A DNA stretch of 64,000 bases from Eledone cirrhosa (GCA_964016885.1 OZ024744.1:29512001-29576000), one strand, 5' to 3'. Positions 38,350 through 52,175 are shown, counted from the stretch's first letter. Notes: a model not told the origin generated them from the letters alone. Program-made: numbers and translations.

Positions 38350-41300
38350 CTGCCACACCCCAGTAAACCACCTTGAATCGCGGGCCGAACCAGGCTGAGG
38401 GTAGCCGGACGGGTCTGAAACCCCCCGGTGAGTTAGATAGGGGATGCCTGCCCCTGCCTGCGAATACTGGACCCGGAGGAGTGAGTGGAGGAGGACAACA
38501 TCGTCCCAAAGGTCACGAAGGCGGCGACAGCAAGCGGTGTGGAGCGCTAGGGCACAGCAAGGCACTACAGACGTCGTGGCCATCCACTGCAGCCAAGGAA
38601 GTCCCTGGTAGTGACGGTCCTCCGGACCACCGGATTCTGGCTTCTGCGACCGAGTGAGTGGGACCGTCACTGTGCACTGGCCCTCCCATTATAAAACTTT
38701 TCCACACAGGTTTCTTCTTTAGCCTGCACTCCCAAAGCCCTGTGGCGATGGGCGAGAGGCGGAGTTAACAGGTGGAGATAACCTCTGGGAGTTGCCAGTC
38801 TCAAACGCACACGTGGGCAGCCTGGATGCGCAAGTCGTTCTCCTCCTAACTTTGGGATGACAGAGGAGATCAGGCGTTCCACCGGGCGACTGAGCAGCCC
38901 TTTTCAGGGGAGCACTTCTCACCCTCGCACGAGGGGGAGGGGCGATAAAAGTAGCCCTAACCAAAAGCTCGTCCCACACAAAGCCGGTCAGTCTACCGCG
39001 ACTGGCGGTTTTACCCTTGCAAGCGGTCTAAACCAACATAATAGAAAGAAGAACTTGATTCTTGGCGCATGGAATGTGCGCACCCTCATGGATAGGGAAA
39101 TCTCCTTGAGGCCAGAGAGAAGAACTGCCCTCATAGCGAGGGAATTAGCTCGCTACCGGATCGACATAGCCGCCCTCAGCGAGACTAGACTCGCCGAAGA
39201 AGGATCAGTAGCAGAACCGAAAGGACGCTACACCTTCTTCTGGAAGGGCAATGCAAAGGACGAGGACAGAATCCAGAGGGTAGGCCTGAACATCAGGACT
39301 TCGCTCTGCAAGCAGCTACCAGATCTCCCAACACCTGTGAGTGCGCCGCAGATGAAGCTCCGCTTCCCACTCGACCCATCTCGGCATGTCAAAGTCATCA
39401 GCGCGTACCAGCAGCGATGAAGCGAAGGACACTTTCTATGGGGAAATCAACGCAATTGTGAAGGGCGTCCCCCCCAAGCGATAAACTCATCCTACTGAGG
39501 GACTTCAACGCAACAGTCGGGTCTGACAGCAGCAACTGGAGAGGCGTGCTGGGACCTCACGGCACAGTGAAGCTGAACTCTAACGGCCTCATACTGTTGA
39601 GTTCCTGCACCGAGAACGACCTCACCATCACCAGCACACTGTTCCGCCAGGCAGACAAGTTCAAGACGTCATGGATGCACCCCAGATCCAAACAGTGGCA
39701 TCTGATTGACTTTTCCATATGCCGCAGGAGGGACATCCGTGACGTCAGAATCACCAGGGCCATGCGTGGTGCAGAGTGTTCGACCGACCATCGCCTTGTC
39801 AGGACCATCCTGTCACTGCACATCACCCCGACGCATCACAAGACTCCGGAAGACCTGGACGGCCGGCTGACTGCCCATGGACCACTGACCGACACCCAAC
39901 TCAACAGTGGGACCCATTCAGGTCGCTGGTGACAGAGTCAGCCAAGGCAACCATCGGGCCGAGGAAAAGAGTCCACCAGGACTGGTTTGATGAAAATGAT
40001 GAGCACATCAGACAACTCGTGGAAGAGAAAAGGAGGGCTTTCATTGAGTGGCAGAATGACAGCTCCTCCACCTCGAACCGCGACCGCTTCAAGCACCTCC
40101 AGAGGCAGACCCAAGCAGTGTTACGCAGAATGCAGGACGAGTGGTGGGAACAGAAGGCTGAAAAAGTCGAGAGATACGCTGACACAAAGAACTCCAAGAT
40201 GTTCTTCAGCACCATCGGGGACGTCTACGGACCCCCCAAGCCTGTCACAACACCGCTCCTGTCTGTTGACGGCTCGACCCTGCTGAAGGAGAAGAGCAGC
40301 ATCAACTCGAGGTGGAGAGAGCACTTCAGCAACCTGCTCAACAGGTCCTCCACTGTCGACCCTGCCGCCCTCGACCAGGTCCCTCAGAAACCCGTAGTCG
40401 GCAGCCTCGACCCCTCCCCCCATCCGTTGGATGAAGTCACGAAGGCAATCAACCAGACCAGCTCAGGAAAGGCCCCTGGGAAGGACGGGATTCCTGCCGA
40501 GATCTTCAAGGCGGCCGATCCAGCTACCCTGGGGCCTTCCACACCCTCCTCGTCAGCATATTGGAGGAAGAAGAGGTGCCAGAAGACTTCATGGATGCCA
40601 CAGTTGTCTCGCATTTTAAGAACAAAGGCAGCAAAACTGACTGTGGCAACCATCGGGGCATTTCTCTCCTGTCCATCGCTGGGAAGGTCCTGGCTCGGAT
40701 CATGCTCAACCGCCTCATCGCCTACATCTCGGAGGACAAACTGCCTGAGGCCCAGTGTGGGTTCCGCCCAAACCGCAGCACGCTCGACATGATCTCAGTT
40801 TGCCAGGTGCAGGAGAAGTGTGTTGAACAGAACATGGACCACTTTGCCGTCTTCATAGACTTTACGAAGGCCTTCGACACTGTCAACAGGGAGACCCTCT
40901 GGTCGATCCTGTAAAAGTTTGGGTGCCCGACAAAGTTCGTGAACCTGATACGGCAATTCCATGACGACATGACCGGGAAGGTACGCTCGGGCAGAGAGGT
41001 ATCGGAGCCGTTCGGAATCAAGCAAGGATGCGTGCTGGCTCCGTCCTCTTCAACCTGTTCTTCACCTGCGTGCGGAATCATGCCGTCGGGGATCTCGAGC
41101 ACGGAGTATATCTGCAATACAGACTAGACGGCTCCCTGTTTGATCTGCGGCGCCTGACGGCCAAGACAAGGACCGTGCAGGGGATCGTCCCGGAGGCACT
41201 TTTTGCTGACGACTGTGCCCACATGGCCCACAAGGAGTCTGACCTCCAAGTCATCGTCAACAAGTTCTCGGAGGCCTCCTGCCTCTTCGGTCTCACAATT

Positions 41301-42170
41301 AGCCTTGGCAAGACTGAGGTCTTGTTCCAGCCTGCTCCTGCCTCTGTCGCCCACCCTCCTTCCATCTCCATCGGAGGCACCCAGCTAAAGACGGTGGACG
41401 ACTTCAAGTACCTCGGCAGTGTCATCAGCAACGATGGAAGCCTCGACAAGGAGATAAACGCCAGGATCTGCAAGGCCCGTCAAGCCCTTGACCGCCTGAT
41501 GACACGCGTCCTGAACCAGCACAACATCAAGCAGTCCACCAAGCTCAAGGTGTACAGAGGCGTTGTTCTCACCAGCATCCTCTACGGATGTGAGACATGG
41601 ACCCTGTACAGAAGGCACCTGAAGCAGCTGGAACGGTTCCACATGTGCAGCCTGCGGTCAATCATGAACATCAGATGGCAGGACAAGGTCTCCAACCTCG
41701 AAGTTCTTGACATGGCTGAGACAACCAGTGTCGAACTTATGATACTGAAGAGGCGACTTCGATGGGTGGGACTTGTCATCCGGATGGACGATCACAGGCT
41801 TCCGAAGCAACTGATGTATGGGGAACTCTGTTCGGGGAAACGAAAGCAGGGCAGGCCTCTCAAGAGGTTCAAAGACTGCGTGAAGTCTAACATCAACAAC
41901 ACTGGAATCGCTCCAAAACAACTCGAATCCCATGCTCAGGATAGGACTGAGTGGCGAGCCCTTACCAGACGCGCCAAAGACTCTTTTGAAGAGAAGAGAC
42001 TGGCAGAGGTCACTGAGGCCCGTGAAAGGAGGAGAAAGGCATCAACAGCTGCCCCAAGCAACTCCAGTCTCTTCCCCTGCCTCCACTGTCCCCGGAGCTG
42101 CAAGTCAAGGATCGGCCTCCTCAACCACCTCCGTGCCCACGGCAGACGGGAACTAAAATAAAGAGCGTCT
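38350..42170 (+). mobile_element. Near-full-length RTE-clade LINE (5'UTR, APE, RT, C-terminal C2H2 finger), frameshifted
   Basis: LGAWNVRTL, IDIAALSETR, SWMHPRSKQWHLID, TDHRLV, NHRGISLLSIAGK, QCGFRPNRST, FIDFTKAFDTV, LFADD, YGCETWTLY, CLHCPRSCKSRIGLLNHLRAH. 5' boundary uncertain. Confidence 0.93.
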
Positions 42171-42174
42171 TCTT

Positions 42175-44340
42175 TCCACTAACCTTAGCCTATCAGAAAT
42201 TGAAAAAAATTAAAAAAACTTATTAGAAGTTTCATCAAAGACTATTATAGCCTAGATATTACATTTGAAAACACAAGTAAAGTAGTTAATTTCCTTGATA
42301 TAACATTAGACTTATCTACGGGTATCTACCAACCTTACTATAAACCTAACCAAAACTTACATTACATACACTCACAATCTAATCACCCTAAATCTATCCT
42401 TAAAAACCTAGCATATAATATCTCACTCAGAATTTCTAACCTTTCATCTAACCAGGATGTATTCGATAAAAATGCGACCTTTTATAACGAAGCTTTAGCT
42501 AGAAGCGGCCACAAAAACAAATTAGTATATATACCTTGTACCAATAATACTACAAACATGCAACCCAATATTACCAACAAACACCAAATGAAATATACAC
42601 ACCTAAATGCCACTCACACTATACCCAAAAATACCAACTTAAAACTTAATTTCTCTAACTCTTCTAATATACAATATAATAACTTTCAAAAAACCATTCA
42701 TCCTAATATTCCAATATATGTTAATAACAAAATTCCTAATAATCAGGCTAAAACACCTAAATCAATGAATCTAACTAAAAATATGTGTAATAAAATCACT
42801 AATACTAATTCTCTTAATAAACATCAGGATACATCGTATAAAAATAAAAACAACAACATCGAAACCGTAATAGACGAGTTACTTGGTATAATGCTCCATT
42901 TAATCTACAAATTAAAGATAATATACCTAAACATTTTTTTACTATCCTAGAGAAAAACTTCCCGCCAAACCATAAATACCATCAAATTTTAAATAGATCA
43001 ACGGTCAAATTCTCCTACTCAACAACCAAAAATATACAACAAAATATAAGTGCCTATAATGCATATAAATGTAAAAAAAAACATGAATATACCACCAATA
43101 CATCAAACTAACCATAATACTAAAATAAACCACAGCAAACCACCATCTCATTCACATACAACAAGTCGAGAAAATTCCACACCTAATTTGACTATCTCCT
43201 CTGATACAAGGAAATTGCCTTATTAATAATATAGTATATAAATGTAAAATTAACACTAAGGACTCAACTTATTCATATATAGGAGCTACTTCTAACCAAT
43301 TTAAAGTAAGATTTAATACCCACAAACACAGTTTTAAAAATGCCGCATTAGCTAATACAACATCCTTAGCTGAAATAATTAATAATTATAGAAAAAAGAA
43401 TATCGATTATAACCTGACCTGGAGTGTGCTCAAAAGGGCCACCCCTTATCAACATAATAGATATGAATGTAGATTATGTTCCCAGGAACTTTTTGAAATA
43501 ATGAAATCTAAGGATATTCTATTAAATAAGCGACAAGAATTAATTATATCATGTAATCATAAAATTAGAAGAACTTTTAAATATTATAAACCTAATTAAT
43601 ATACACTTTACAAATTATTATAATAACATTTTTTTATTTTTTTAAATTAGTTAACCTACAATTAATATTCTACTACTAATGAACTGCATAATTTTATTTC
43701 CCTTTTACAGCTATATTTTCCTAACGTTTATAGCAATAAGTATACATATAAACTATTTTAATTTCAGGTTATGAATCTATATTCCTTGTAATCTATTTAA
43801 ATTTGTTATTTCTCACTAATACATTTATCCCCCCCACCCCAATTATTATTATTTTTTTTTTCTTTTCCCTTCGTTTTTAACAACATTCTTCAATTACATC
43901 TAACACTTATTTATCATATCTATATGAATTAATATAAATTTATCAATATAAATATACCTATCAATTAAATTAATTTAATTTCTTTTTATAGATGTAAATT
44001 CCTTATGTTTTAAATAAGATTGATATTTTTCACTAACACATTTATCGTAAAATTTTATTCTCCTTAAATTTTAACATTAGCATTATTCTTTTATAACATA
44101 AAATTTTCGTGTACCTTTCACCGGCTTGGCCTATTTTCATCCCCAAAGTAATCTTTTCATTCAAAATACTCTTTCCATTCAAAACTGAAGTCTGCTTTCC
44201 TCTACCCCTAAATTAAATTTCTATTACTACTATTCTATCATCTTGACCACTTACTATCTTTCTATTGGTCAATTCAAAACCTGTTCCCAAACAGACCTAT
44301 TATATTAAATCTTTGTTGGTTTTTTTCAATAAACAAATAT
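42175..44340 (+). mobile_element. Decayed Penelope-like element (RT C-terminus + GIY-YIG + 3' region)
   Basis: Hand translation: VVNFLDITLDLSTGIYQPYYKPN (~42280-42350) and NIVYKC..YSYIGATSNQFKVRFNTHKHSF (~43228-43335). 3' boundary uncertain. Confidence 0.82.
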
Positions 44341-44351
44341 CATTATTTCTG

Positions 44352-44540
44352 TGATGGATTGGCAGTATCGGTAGAGGGTCGGACGCCATGCTTTCCAGCA
44401 TAGTTACGTCCCTTTACGATCTGAGTTCAAATCCCGCCGAGGTTGACTTTGCCTTTCATCCTTACGGGGTCGATAAAATAAAGTACCAGTAATGCACTGG
44501 GTAATTGCTGGCCTTGTGCCTAAAGTAGAAACAATTATTT
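44352..44540 (+). mobile_element. tRNA-derived SINE
   Basis: A box TGGCAGTATCGG (~44360), B box GAGTTCAAATCC (44423-44434), body ctttgcctttcatcct..ggggtcgataaa, tail gctggccttgtgcc. Confidence 0.85.
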
Positions 44541-44725
44541 CTCAAGACAGCATATATATGTGTAGGTATGTATATTCCCTCTGATAGTTTTTTAAAATGT
44601 TACATAGATCTATATGATATACATACCAACACACACATATATATCCTAGAAACGATCGTAAAATGCTGAATTTTTTAATATAAGGAACTGTTTCTTTGTT
44701 TTTATTCATTATTTTTATTAATTTA

Positions 44726-44806
<81 letters not shown>

Positions 44807-44808
<2 letters not shown>

Positions 44809-44979
44809 CGAAGGAAATGTGGTAAGGAACCAGGTGGACTATAACGCACCAAAGTACTCAATACTTGAGGTAGTAGAGTGGGTAATAGGAACCAGTAAGA
44901 CCCCGACAGCTGAGCTCAAGCCGTTTCGACCGAAATGGTCGAAACGGCTTGAGCTCAGCTGTCGGGGGTCTTACTGGTT

Positions 44980-44984
<5 letters not shown>
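44807..44984 (-). mobile_element. Short PLE 3'-end insertion with fold-back hairpin (family copy 3)
   Basis: Perfect hairpin ~44885-44984 with loop in gacc-gaaat-ggtc. Confidence 0.72.
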
Positions 44985-45055
<71 letters not shown>

Positions 45056-45267
45056 GGTCTTTATTTTAGTTCCCGTATGTATATGTATGTAGGCGAGTGT
45101 GTTGATACATATGTGTCTGTCTCATATGGATGTGCACACGTATATGTATTTGCTGTATATATATATATATATAAAAACAAATAACGAAACGAAATTAAAT
45201 TTCGTTTCGTTTGTAACTCACTTTTGTATGACTGATGCTTAAACAAGAAAGGCCGGAAGATAGGTAA

Positions 45268-45310
45268 ATATTGCTGATGAGATGTAACAACATCGAAACT
45301 AGTCCAATAT
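45268..45310 (+). ncRNA. Type I hammerhead ribozyme, canonical (GUC site)
   Basis: atattg CTGATGA gatgt-aaca-acatc GAAA ctag TC caatat. Confidence 0.92.
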
Positions 45311-45525
45311 TCCTTGTCTGGCTTTCTGGAGAATAGAGGAAAGGTGTTTCCTCGAAAACCAGTATGACTCTAAAAACCGGTTTGTCTGTGTGTTTACATA
45401 CAGAATAGCTGGACACTCACAGTAAAGTGTCCAGTGAAAAACTCGGTACATCTACATATGTACACGTGTGTGTATTCATATGCATACTAGTATTTCAGTA
45501 TACATATGTGGATGTACATTTTTAA

Positions 45526-45611
<86 letters not shown>

Positions 45612-45932
45612 CATGTTTATTTTGTGTATGTATGTACACATGAGCTTCCTAATTTTTATAATTTTTACATAATTTTTATATCATTTTTATATAATGTTTT
45701 TATATATATATTAAGTTAAAAAAGTACATCTACATATGCATACTGAAATACTAGTGTGTATATGAATACACACACGTATACATATGTAGGTGTACCAAGT
45801 CTTTCACTGGTCGCTTTACAGTGAGCGGCCCAGCTATTCTGTATGTAAACACACAGACAAACCGGTTTTTAGAGTCATACTGGTTTTTCGGGGGAACACC
45901 TTCCCCCTATTCTCCAGAAAGCCAGACAAGGA

Positions 45933-45975
45933 ATATTGAACTAGTTTCGTTGTTGTTACAACTCATCAGCAATAT
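45933..45975 (-). ncRNA. Type I hammerhead ribozyme (GUU site)
   Basis: atattg CTGATGA gttgt-aaca-acaac GAAA ctag TT caatat. Confidence 0.9.
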
Positions 45976-46099
45976 TTACCTATCTACCGGCCTTTCTGGA
46001 GAATTGTAAAAGCACATATCGTTATATGCTTTTTCTATATGGCACTCTTTTTTCCTTTGCTTTTTCTTGGGAAATACTTAACATATATATATATATATA

Positions 46100-46330
46100 T
46101 ATTGTTATGCTTTGGGAGTGTCATGTTGCCAATAAGAAAAACACACGCACCAGTAGCTTTCACTCCAATTTATTATAAATTAAATTTATAAATTAAATTT
46201 ATAATAAATTGGAGTGAAAGCAACTGGTGCGTGTGTTTCTTATTGGCAACATGACCCTCCCAAAGTATAACAATATCGGTTTCAACACACGTTTTCAGAT
46301 AAAGAATCTTGCTAAACAAATTCAGAAACG

Positions 46331-46331
<1 letters not shown>
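46100..46331. mobile_element. Mini palindrome made only of the 3' tip of the PLE A/B family
   Basis: Short arm 46100-46185, long arm with tail to 46331; a related fragment lies at 14628-14690. Confidence 0.85.
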
Positions 46332-46373
<42 letters not shown>

Positions 46374-46384
46374 TGTGTGTGTTT

Positions 46385-46469
<85 letters not shown>

Positions 46470-46876
46470 TCAATATGACAACCAATGTTAACAACTTAAA
46501 TTCATTCTTAAAATTTCTACGTCTTCAGGAAAATGTGAGAAAAAAGAAAGTTTACCAAGTTCAAATGGTATCAATAATATATTTCTTATCAAACATTGAG
46601 CGTAAAGCAAGGAATTAAATTTAAAAATCATATTTTGTACTTGGAGTTATTTGACCATGCAAAATTATCGATTGACGTACCAATAATTATGTCTTTACTA
46701 TTTACAATGTTATTAACTAATTTTCCTCATGGAGTTAGAATAATATTTGTTGTAAGACTTGCAGGAGTCGAAAAGGCTTAGGTAAAAAGCATTACTTATC
46801 TATCATTTCCAATATTAGTAAAAATAAAATTTGTTGTCAGATTTGCAGTTTGCAGGAGTGGAAATTATTTAAGAAG

Positions 46877-46941
<65 letters not shown>

Positions 46942-46946
<5 letters not shown>

Positions 46947-47665
46947 TGTTGATAATCCTTGAAGGTCATGAAGAACCATCGCGAAATACTAGGCAAACAA
47001 ACTTGGTGCAGGTATATCAATTGCTTGGCACCATTTTCAACCGAGATTGGCTCAGACAGTTTACCTCATATCTTTACCCATGCCTGCATGTCATCGTGGA
47101 AGAGCTTGATATGTTCACAAACTTTTCACGATAGCCCAATCTCTCCAAAATAACCCACAGAGCTTTTGTATCGCGGGCTTGGTAAAGGTAAGAGACCACC
47201 TCCCAAGCCAAAACTCCGATTCAAGGATTGTGCAAAGGACTGGTTTGATAGCGGCTGACTGGGAGATAGAAGCTCTTGAAAGAAAAACTTTGTGTGGAAT
47301 GATAGGGTCCATAATTTTGAGGACAGACACATAGAGCACAAGAAGATCAAACGGGATGTGCGTAAGTAATGTCCTGGTGTATCTCTCGAAAAACGATGTC
47401 TCCATTGAATTGGTGTGTCCTGAGTGTGGAAAGATTTGCTTGAGTAAATCTGGTCTCAGGAGCCAGTCACAGCCATGTTCAGAGAGAACTAGTGAAATAT
47501 GATCTTCGTGGCACTGTGAAGGTTCACAGTCAACATGATGCAATACTTGAGGCCAGGGAGATCCCTAGTTGTCAATGTGCGAAGGAGTGTAAGTCTCTAG
47601 CAGGCTTGAAAAGCCATATCCGAGCGTCACACTTCTGAATTTGACAAGCGATTGTAATGCACTTA
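46942..47665 (+). mobile_element. Decayed 3' fragment of an RTE-group LINE after (GA)n
   Basis: GKRPPPKPKLRFKDC-like motif, CPECGKICLSKSGLRS and KSLAGLKSHIR zinc-finger remnants. Confidence 0.7.
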
Positions 47666-47810
47666 GCGTGAGTTTGCAGACATCATGTATGTATGTATGT
47701 AAGTATGTATGTATGTATGTATGTATGCATGTATGTATGTATGTATGTATGTATGTATGTATGTATGTATGTATGTATGTATGTATGTATGTATGTATGT
47801 ATGTATGTAT

Positions 47811-48250
47811 GTTCTTCTGGTTTTATAATTTCACAAAGTTTTACCAATAGAGAGAGAGTCGGTTTCTAACATAGACACAAGACTCTCTCATTGGAATTTA
47901 CGCAACATCAACTAGGTAGACATGTATGTATGCATGTGTAGATATGGATGTTATTGTATGTGTGGATGTGGATGTTTTGAGTTGTATGTTTGCATGTGTA
48001 TATGCTTTGCATCTGTACATGTGTATATGCAGTTATTAGATGCAACATTTTTGGAATGTTTTGCATATTTTTACTGTTGCATTAATGGATTGTACTTGTA
48101 ATTTCCTAACTAGTTGTGTTCTTTCTGTTCCTGTGAAGCCTAGCTTCTCAAGATTTGTATTGAGGCAGTTATTAACATACTCCAGTGCCCCAATAATCAC
48201 AGGCAGAAATCTGGAGGTGTAATGAGGGTGGAGTATCTGCAGATTTCTCA
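47811..48250 (-). mobile_element. 5'-truncated 3' end of an R4/Dong-like LINE within (TATG)n
   Basis: Near-identical to ~49457-49897; FLPVIIGAL motif; (TATG)n on both sides. Confidence 0.85.
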
Positions 48251-48320
48251 CCAGTTCTGCCTAATATTCTCCTATGTATGTATGTATGTATGTATGTATG
48301 TATGTATGTATGTATGTATG

Positions 48321-48351
<31 letters not shown>

Positions 48352-48355
48352 GTAT

Positions 48356-49402
48356 GTCAGGTCACCAGTTGGTGCTACTGGTAACATGTATCCCAGTACA
48401 ACCTGTCTCATGGTCGGGTCGTTGGCGACTAAACTGGCAACCCCACCAAGGTTTCTTGGTGAGGAGGGTGACTTTGGACATCCTGCAGGACTAAAAACAA
48501 AACCTGTCAAAGAGCAAAGGAGCTCTTAAGAGTTAATGGCCTTCCAAAATCACCGGGAGAGATGACCCCTTAGCCTTTGTCAAGGCAGAATTCTAGGAGA
48601 AGGAAAACTCTGATATAACACCTGCAACCCTGATGGTATCCAATGATGTTGACTTGTTATTCTTTTTGGTAAATATCATCTTGGTTAAGAGAGTGGGACT
48701 GGCTTTGTGCAGTGCCTTTGCTCACTATAAAAGCTTCACGGCACAGGCATTGCTTTATATCTGGAGATCTCTCTGCACTTGTCGTCACATGGTACCATGG
48801 GCCCAGCACTATGTGTCAATAATTGTCACAAGTGTAGTGTTTGTACCAGAGTTTTCAAGTCGCTGGCTGGACTAAAAAGTCACACTCGTTCAGCGGCTCG
48901 GTAGGGGTTCTCCTACATGGATATAAAGTAGTGGCCGTACTCGAAAATGAGTTGGCAGCCAGCATGTAAGTATGTATGTATGTATGTATGTAAGTAAGAG
49001 ATGACCCCTTAGCCTTTGTCAATGTAGAATTCTAGGAGAAGGAAAACTCTGATATAACACCTGCAACCCTGATGGTATCCAATGATGTTGACTTGTTCTT
49101 CTTTTTGATAAATATCATCTTAGTTAAGAGAGTGGGACTGGCTTTGTGCAGTGCCTTTGCTCACTATAAAAGCTTCACGGCACAGGCATTGCTTTATATC
49201 TGGAGATCTCTATGCACTTGTCGTCACATGGTACCATGGGCCCAGCACGATGTGTCAATAATTGTCACAAGTGTAGTGTTTGTACCAGAGATTTCAAGTC
49301 GCTGGCTGGACTAAAAAGTCACACTCGTTCAGCGCCTCGGTAGCGGTTCTCCTACATGGATATAAAGTAGTGGCCGTACTCGAAAACGAGTTGGCAGCCA
49401 TC
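48356..49402 (+). mobile_element. Structured repeat copy 2, with a ~439-bp tandem duplication of its 3' part
   Basis: Head homologous to 37951-38144; contains ggagaaggaaaactctgat; duplicated units start ~48558 and ~48997, each ending in (TATG)n. Confidence 0.7.
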
Positions 49403-49456
49403 ATGTATGTATGTATATATGTATGTATGTATTTATCCGTGTATGTATGTATGTAC

Positions 49457-51782
49457 GTTCTTCTGGTTTTATAATTTCACAAATTTTTACCAATAGAGAG
49501 AGTCTGTTTCTAACATAGACACGAGACTCTGTCATTGGAATTTACACAACATCAACTAGGTAGATATGTATGTATGCATGCATGTGTAGGTATGGATGTT
49601 ATTATATGTGTGGATGTGTATGTTTTGAGTTATATGTGTGCATGTGTATACGCTTTGTATCTGTACATGTGCATATACAGTTATTAGATGGAACATTTTG
49701 GGAACGTTTTGCATATTTTTACTGTTCCATTAATGGATTGTACTTATAATTTCCTAACTAGTTGTGTTCTTTCTGTTCCTGTGAAGCCCAGCTTCGCAAG
49801 ATTTGTATTGAGGCAGTTACTAACATATCCCAGTGCCCCAATAATCACAGGCAGAAATCTGAAGGTGTAATCAGGGTGGAGTATCTGCAGATTTCTGATT
49901 AGTTCAGCATAATTATTCTCCTTTTCGCTAATCTCTGATATTATATTGGCATCCATTGGGCAGCTAACTTCCACTACTGTGCATGCCTTCTTTTCCCTGT
50001 CCCACATCATTATATCAGGTTTGTTCGCTTGCATTTTATTGGGGTTTTTTACTGGAACATTCCACCAGTATTCTTTCATATTATGTATATATATGTCTTC
50101 CACATTGCTGTAGCTTTTAATGTATTTATTATCGGGGCTATCTTTTCTACGGATTGCATTGTACAGTGTTTTGGCCACTACATCATGCCTCATAGATAGA
50201 TAGTACCGCGATGACATCTTTGGACAGCTGCTTATGACATGGGTGATATTTTCGATGTTAATTCCGCAGAGTTTGCACTTGTCACATCTAGGTATTTTGT
50301 CTGCATCCTATCTCTTTTGTGAATCCGGTATTTCGTGTTGATTTCCTGTTCTTCGATTGCAAAAGCATATCCTTCAAAGTGGGAGCCAATATAGCGGTTG
50401 TTGGTCCAAGATAGACTACTTTCCTTATCTATATTACTCTCACTCTGGAGCTTCCTGGCAACATATCCATGCATGAATTTTTGCTGATAAGCATGCAGTT
50501 TTTTATCCATGGATTCACTGCGGTACTGCTGAGAAACTGCCCTGGGTGTGAGTTTTTGATTATTACGCAGGGAATATCTTTCAATGAGTTCCTTCCTAAC
50601 TCTCATGATCTTATCTGTTTCATGCAGATAGACTATCTCGAGAAACGGGCTCCTACGCTTCGAGGTTCGTAGATGTTGTCGGAGGGATATGATACGACAT
50701 CCAAATGTTGTCTGGACTGATGTTAGGCCTCTGCCTCCCTTCTTACGTTTCAAGTAAAGGCGTCTATGTCACTGTTGATGTGGAAGTTTCCGGTGTTCTT
50801 TAGAATTTTTCGAGTCCTAACATCAACTGCTCGGATTTCGTCTATCGTCCAATTGAGTATTCCAAACGTTGGTGTTAGGACAGGCACAGCAAATACATTG
50901 CGAGCCACTGTTTTATTGTGCACAGAGAGTTCCGATGACCATATTTTTCTTAATCGGGTGTAGTATTCCTTAGTTACGCTTTCCTTATTACAAATACCAT
51001 TATTGGAAATATTCTAATCTATCCCCAGGTATCTGTAGCAGTCCTCATCAGATATCGGTGAAACAGTTAGGCCATTGATGACAATGTTGCTAGATTAGGT
51101 TGTTGTTTTTCCCCGCTTTACAGTCATATATGAACATTTATCTTGGCCAAACTCCATTCCTATATCCTTTAAGAATGTTGTAACCAGGTCAAGATTTTTC
51201 TTCATCCCATCCATGTTCTTGGCATAGAGTTTCAGATCATCCACAAAGAAATTATGGTATGAAGTACGTATTTCTGTCCTCCTATGAGACAATGATGTAT
51301 CCCTCACATTTCTTGAGCAGAAAGTACAAGGGGTTGAATGACAGGATAAATAGTATCACAGAGAGACTGTCGCCTTGAAAAAAAATAGAGTCCTCCTTCT
51401 CTGTCTTTAACTTTAGGATAGTAGCTCGAGAGGAAGACAGCTTCTCTATGGTTCTGATAATAATGTCTGCGACTTTAGTCGGAGGGCCTCTATCATCCAA
51501 GAGTGGGGACAGAATCAAAAGCTTTCCTGTAGTCAAGCCAGTCTGTAGCCATATTCCTCCTAAGTTGTTACACCTCCGACATCGCAGTTTTGTTGATTAG
51601 GAGTTGTTCAGCACATCCCCAAACCCCTTTCTTTCCAGCTGCTTGTTCATCTGTGATGTTATTATTTTCACAGTGATCTTAGAGGAATAGATTCAAGTAG
51701 GGTGTATACATCTTATACATCAGGTTCTGGCATGCAATGGGTCGGTAGTTTTTTGCCAAGTGGGTGTCTTTGTTCTTGGGGA

Positions 51783-51785
<3 letters not shown>
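49457..51785 (-). mobile_element. R4/Dong-like RLE non-LTR retrotransposon, truncated and frameshifted
   Basis: NYRPIACQNLMYK, FQGDSLSVILF, HNFFVDDLKLYAK, KKGGRGL, YLSMRHDVVAK, NKPDIMMWDRE..VVEVSCP (RLE). Confidence 0.87.
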
Positions 51786-51825
<40 letters not shown>

Positions 51826-51871
51826 TGTCAGTGTGTGTGTATCTGTACGTACATATATACGACAATATGTT

Positions 51872-51972
51872 CCGATGTTGAATTTGCCTTTCATCCTTAC
51901 GGGGTCGATAAAATAAAGTATCAGTAATGCACTGGGTAATTGCTGGCCTTGTGCCTAAAGTAGAAATAATTA
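51872..51972 (+). mobile_element. 5'-truncated copy of the 44352 SINE
   Basis: Near-identical to 44437-44538; a tail remnant also lies at ~8198-8226. Confidence 0.85.
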
Positions 51973-52100
51973 TGTTATGCTTAGTTACATTTTCCAATAT
52001 CATTTCAAGAGCACTCTTGAATTTAACTGATTAGACAGGAAAGTAAATTGAAATAAATAAATAAATAAAATAATCAAATTTAAATATATAGATCTATGTG

Positions 52101-52175
<75 letters not shown>

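Larger units (their letters stand above)
45247..45996. repeat. Tail-to-tail ~270-bp inverted repeat (two HHR-bearing pLTR copies) around (TA)n
   Basis: ~45247-45520 is the diverged inverse of ~45722-45996. Confidence 0.8.

Noticed and set aside
38755-38800. Twister-like TAACTCCGCC on the minus strand of the RTE UTR
   Set aside because: The rest of the twister core (GGTCCCAAGCCC..GAGGG) is missing and it is antisense to the element
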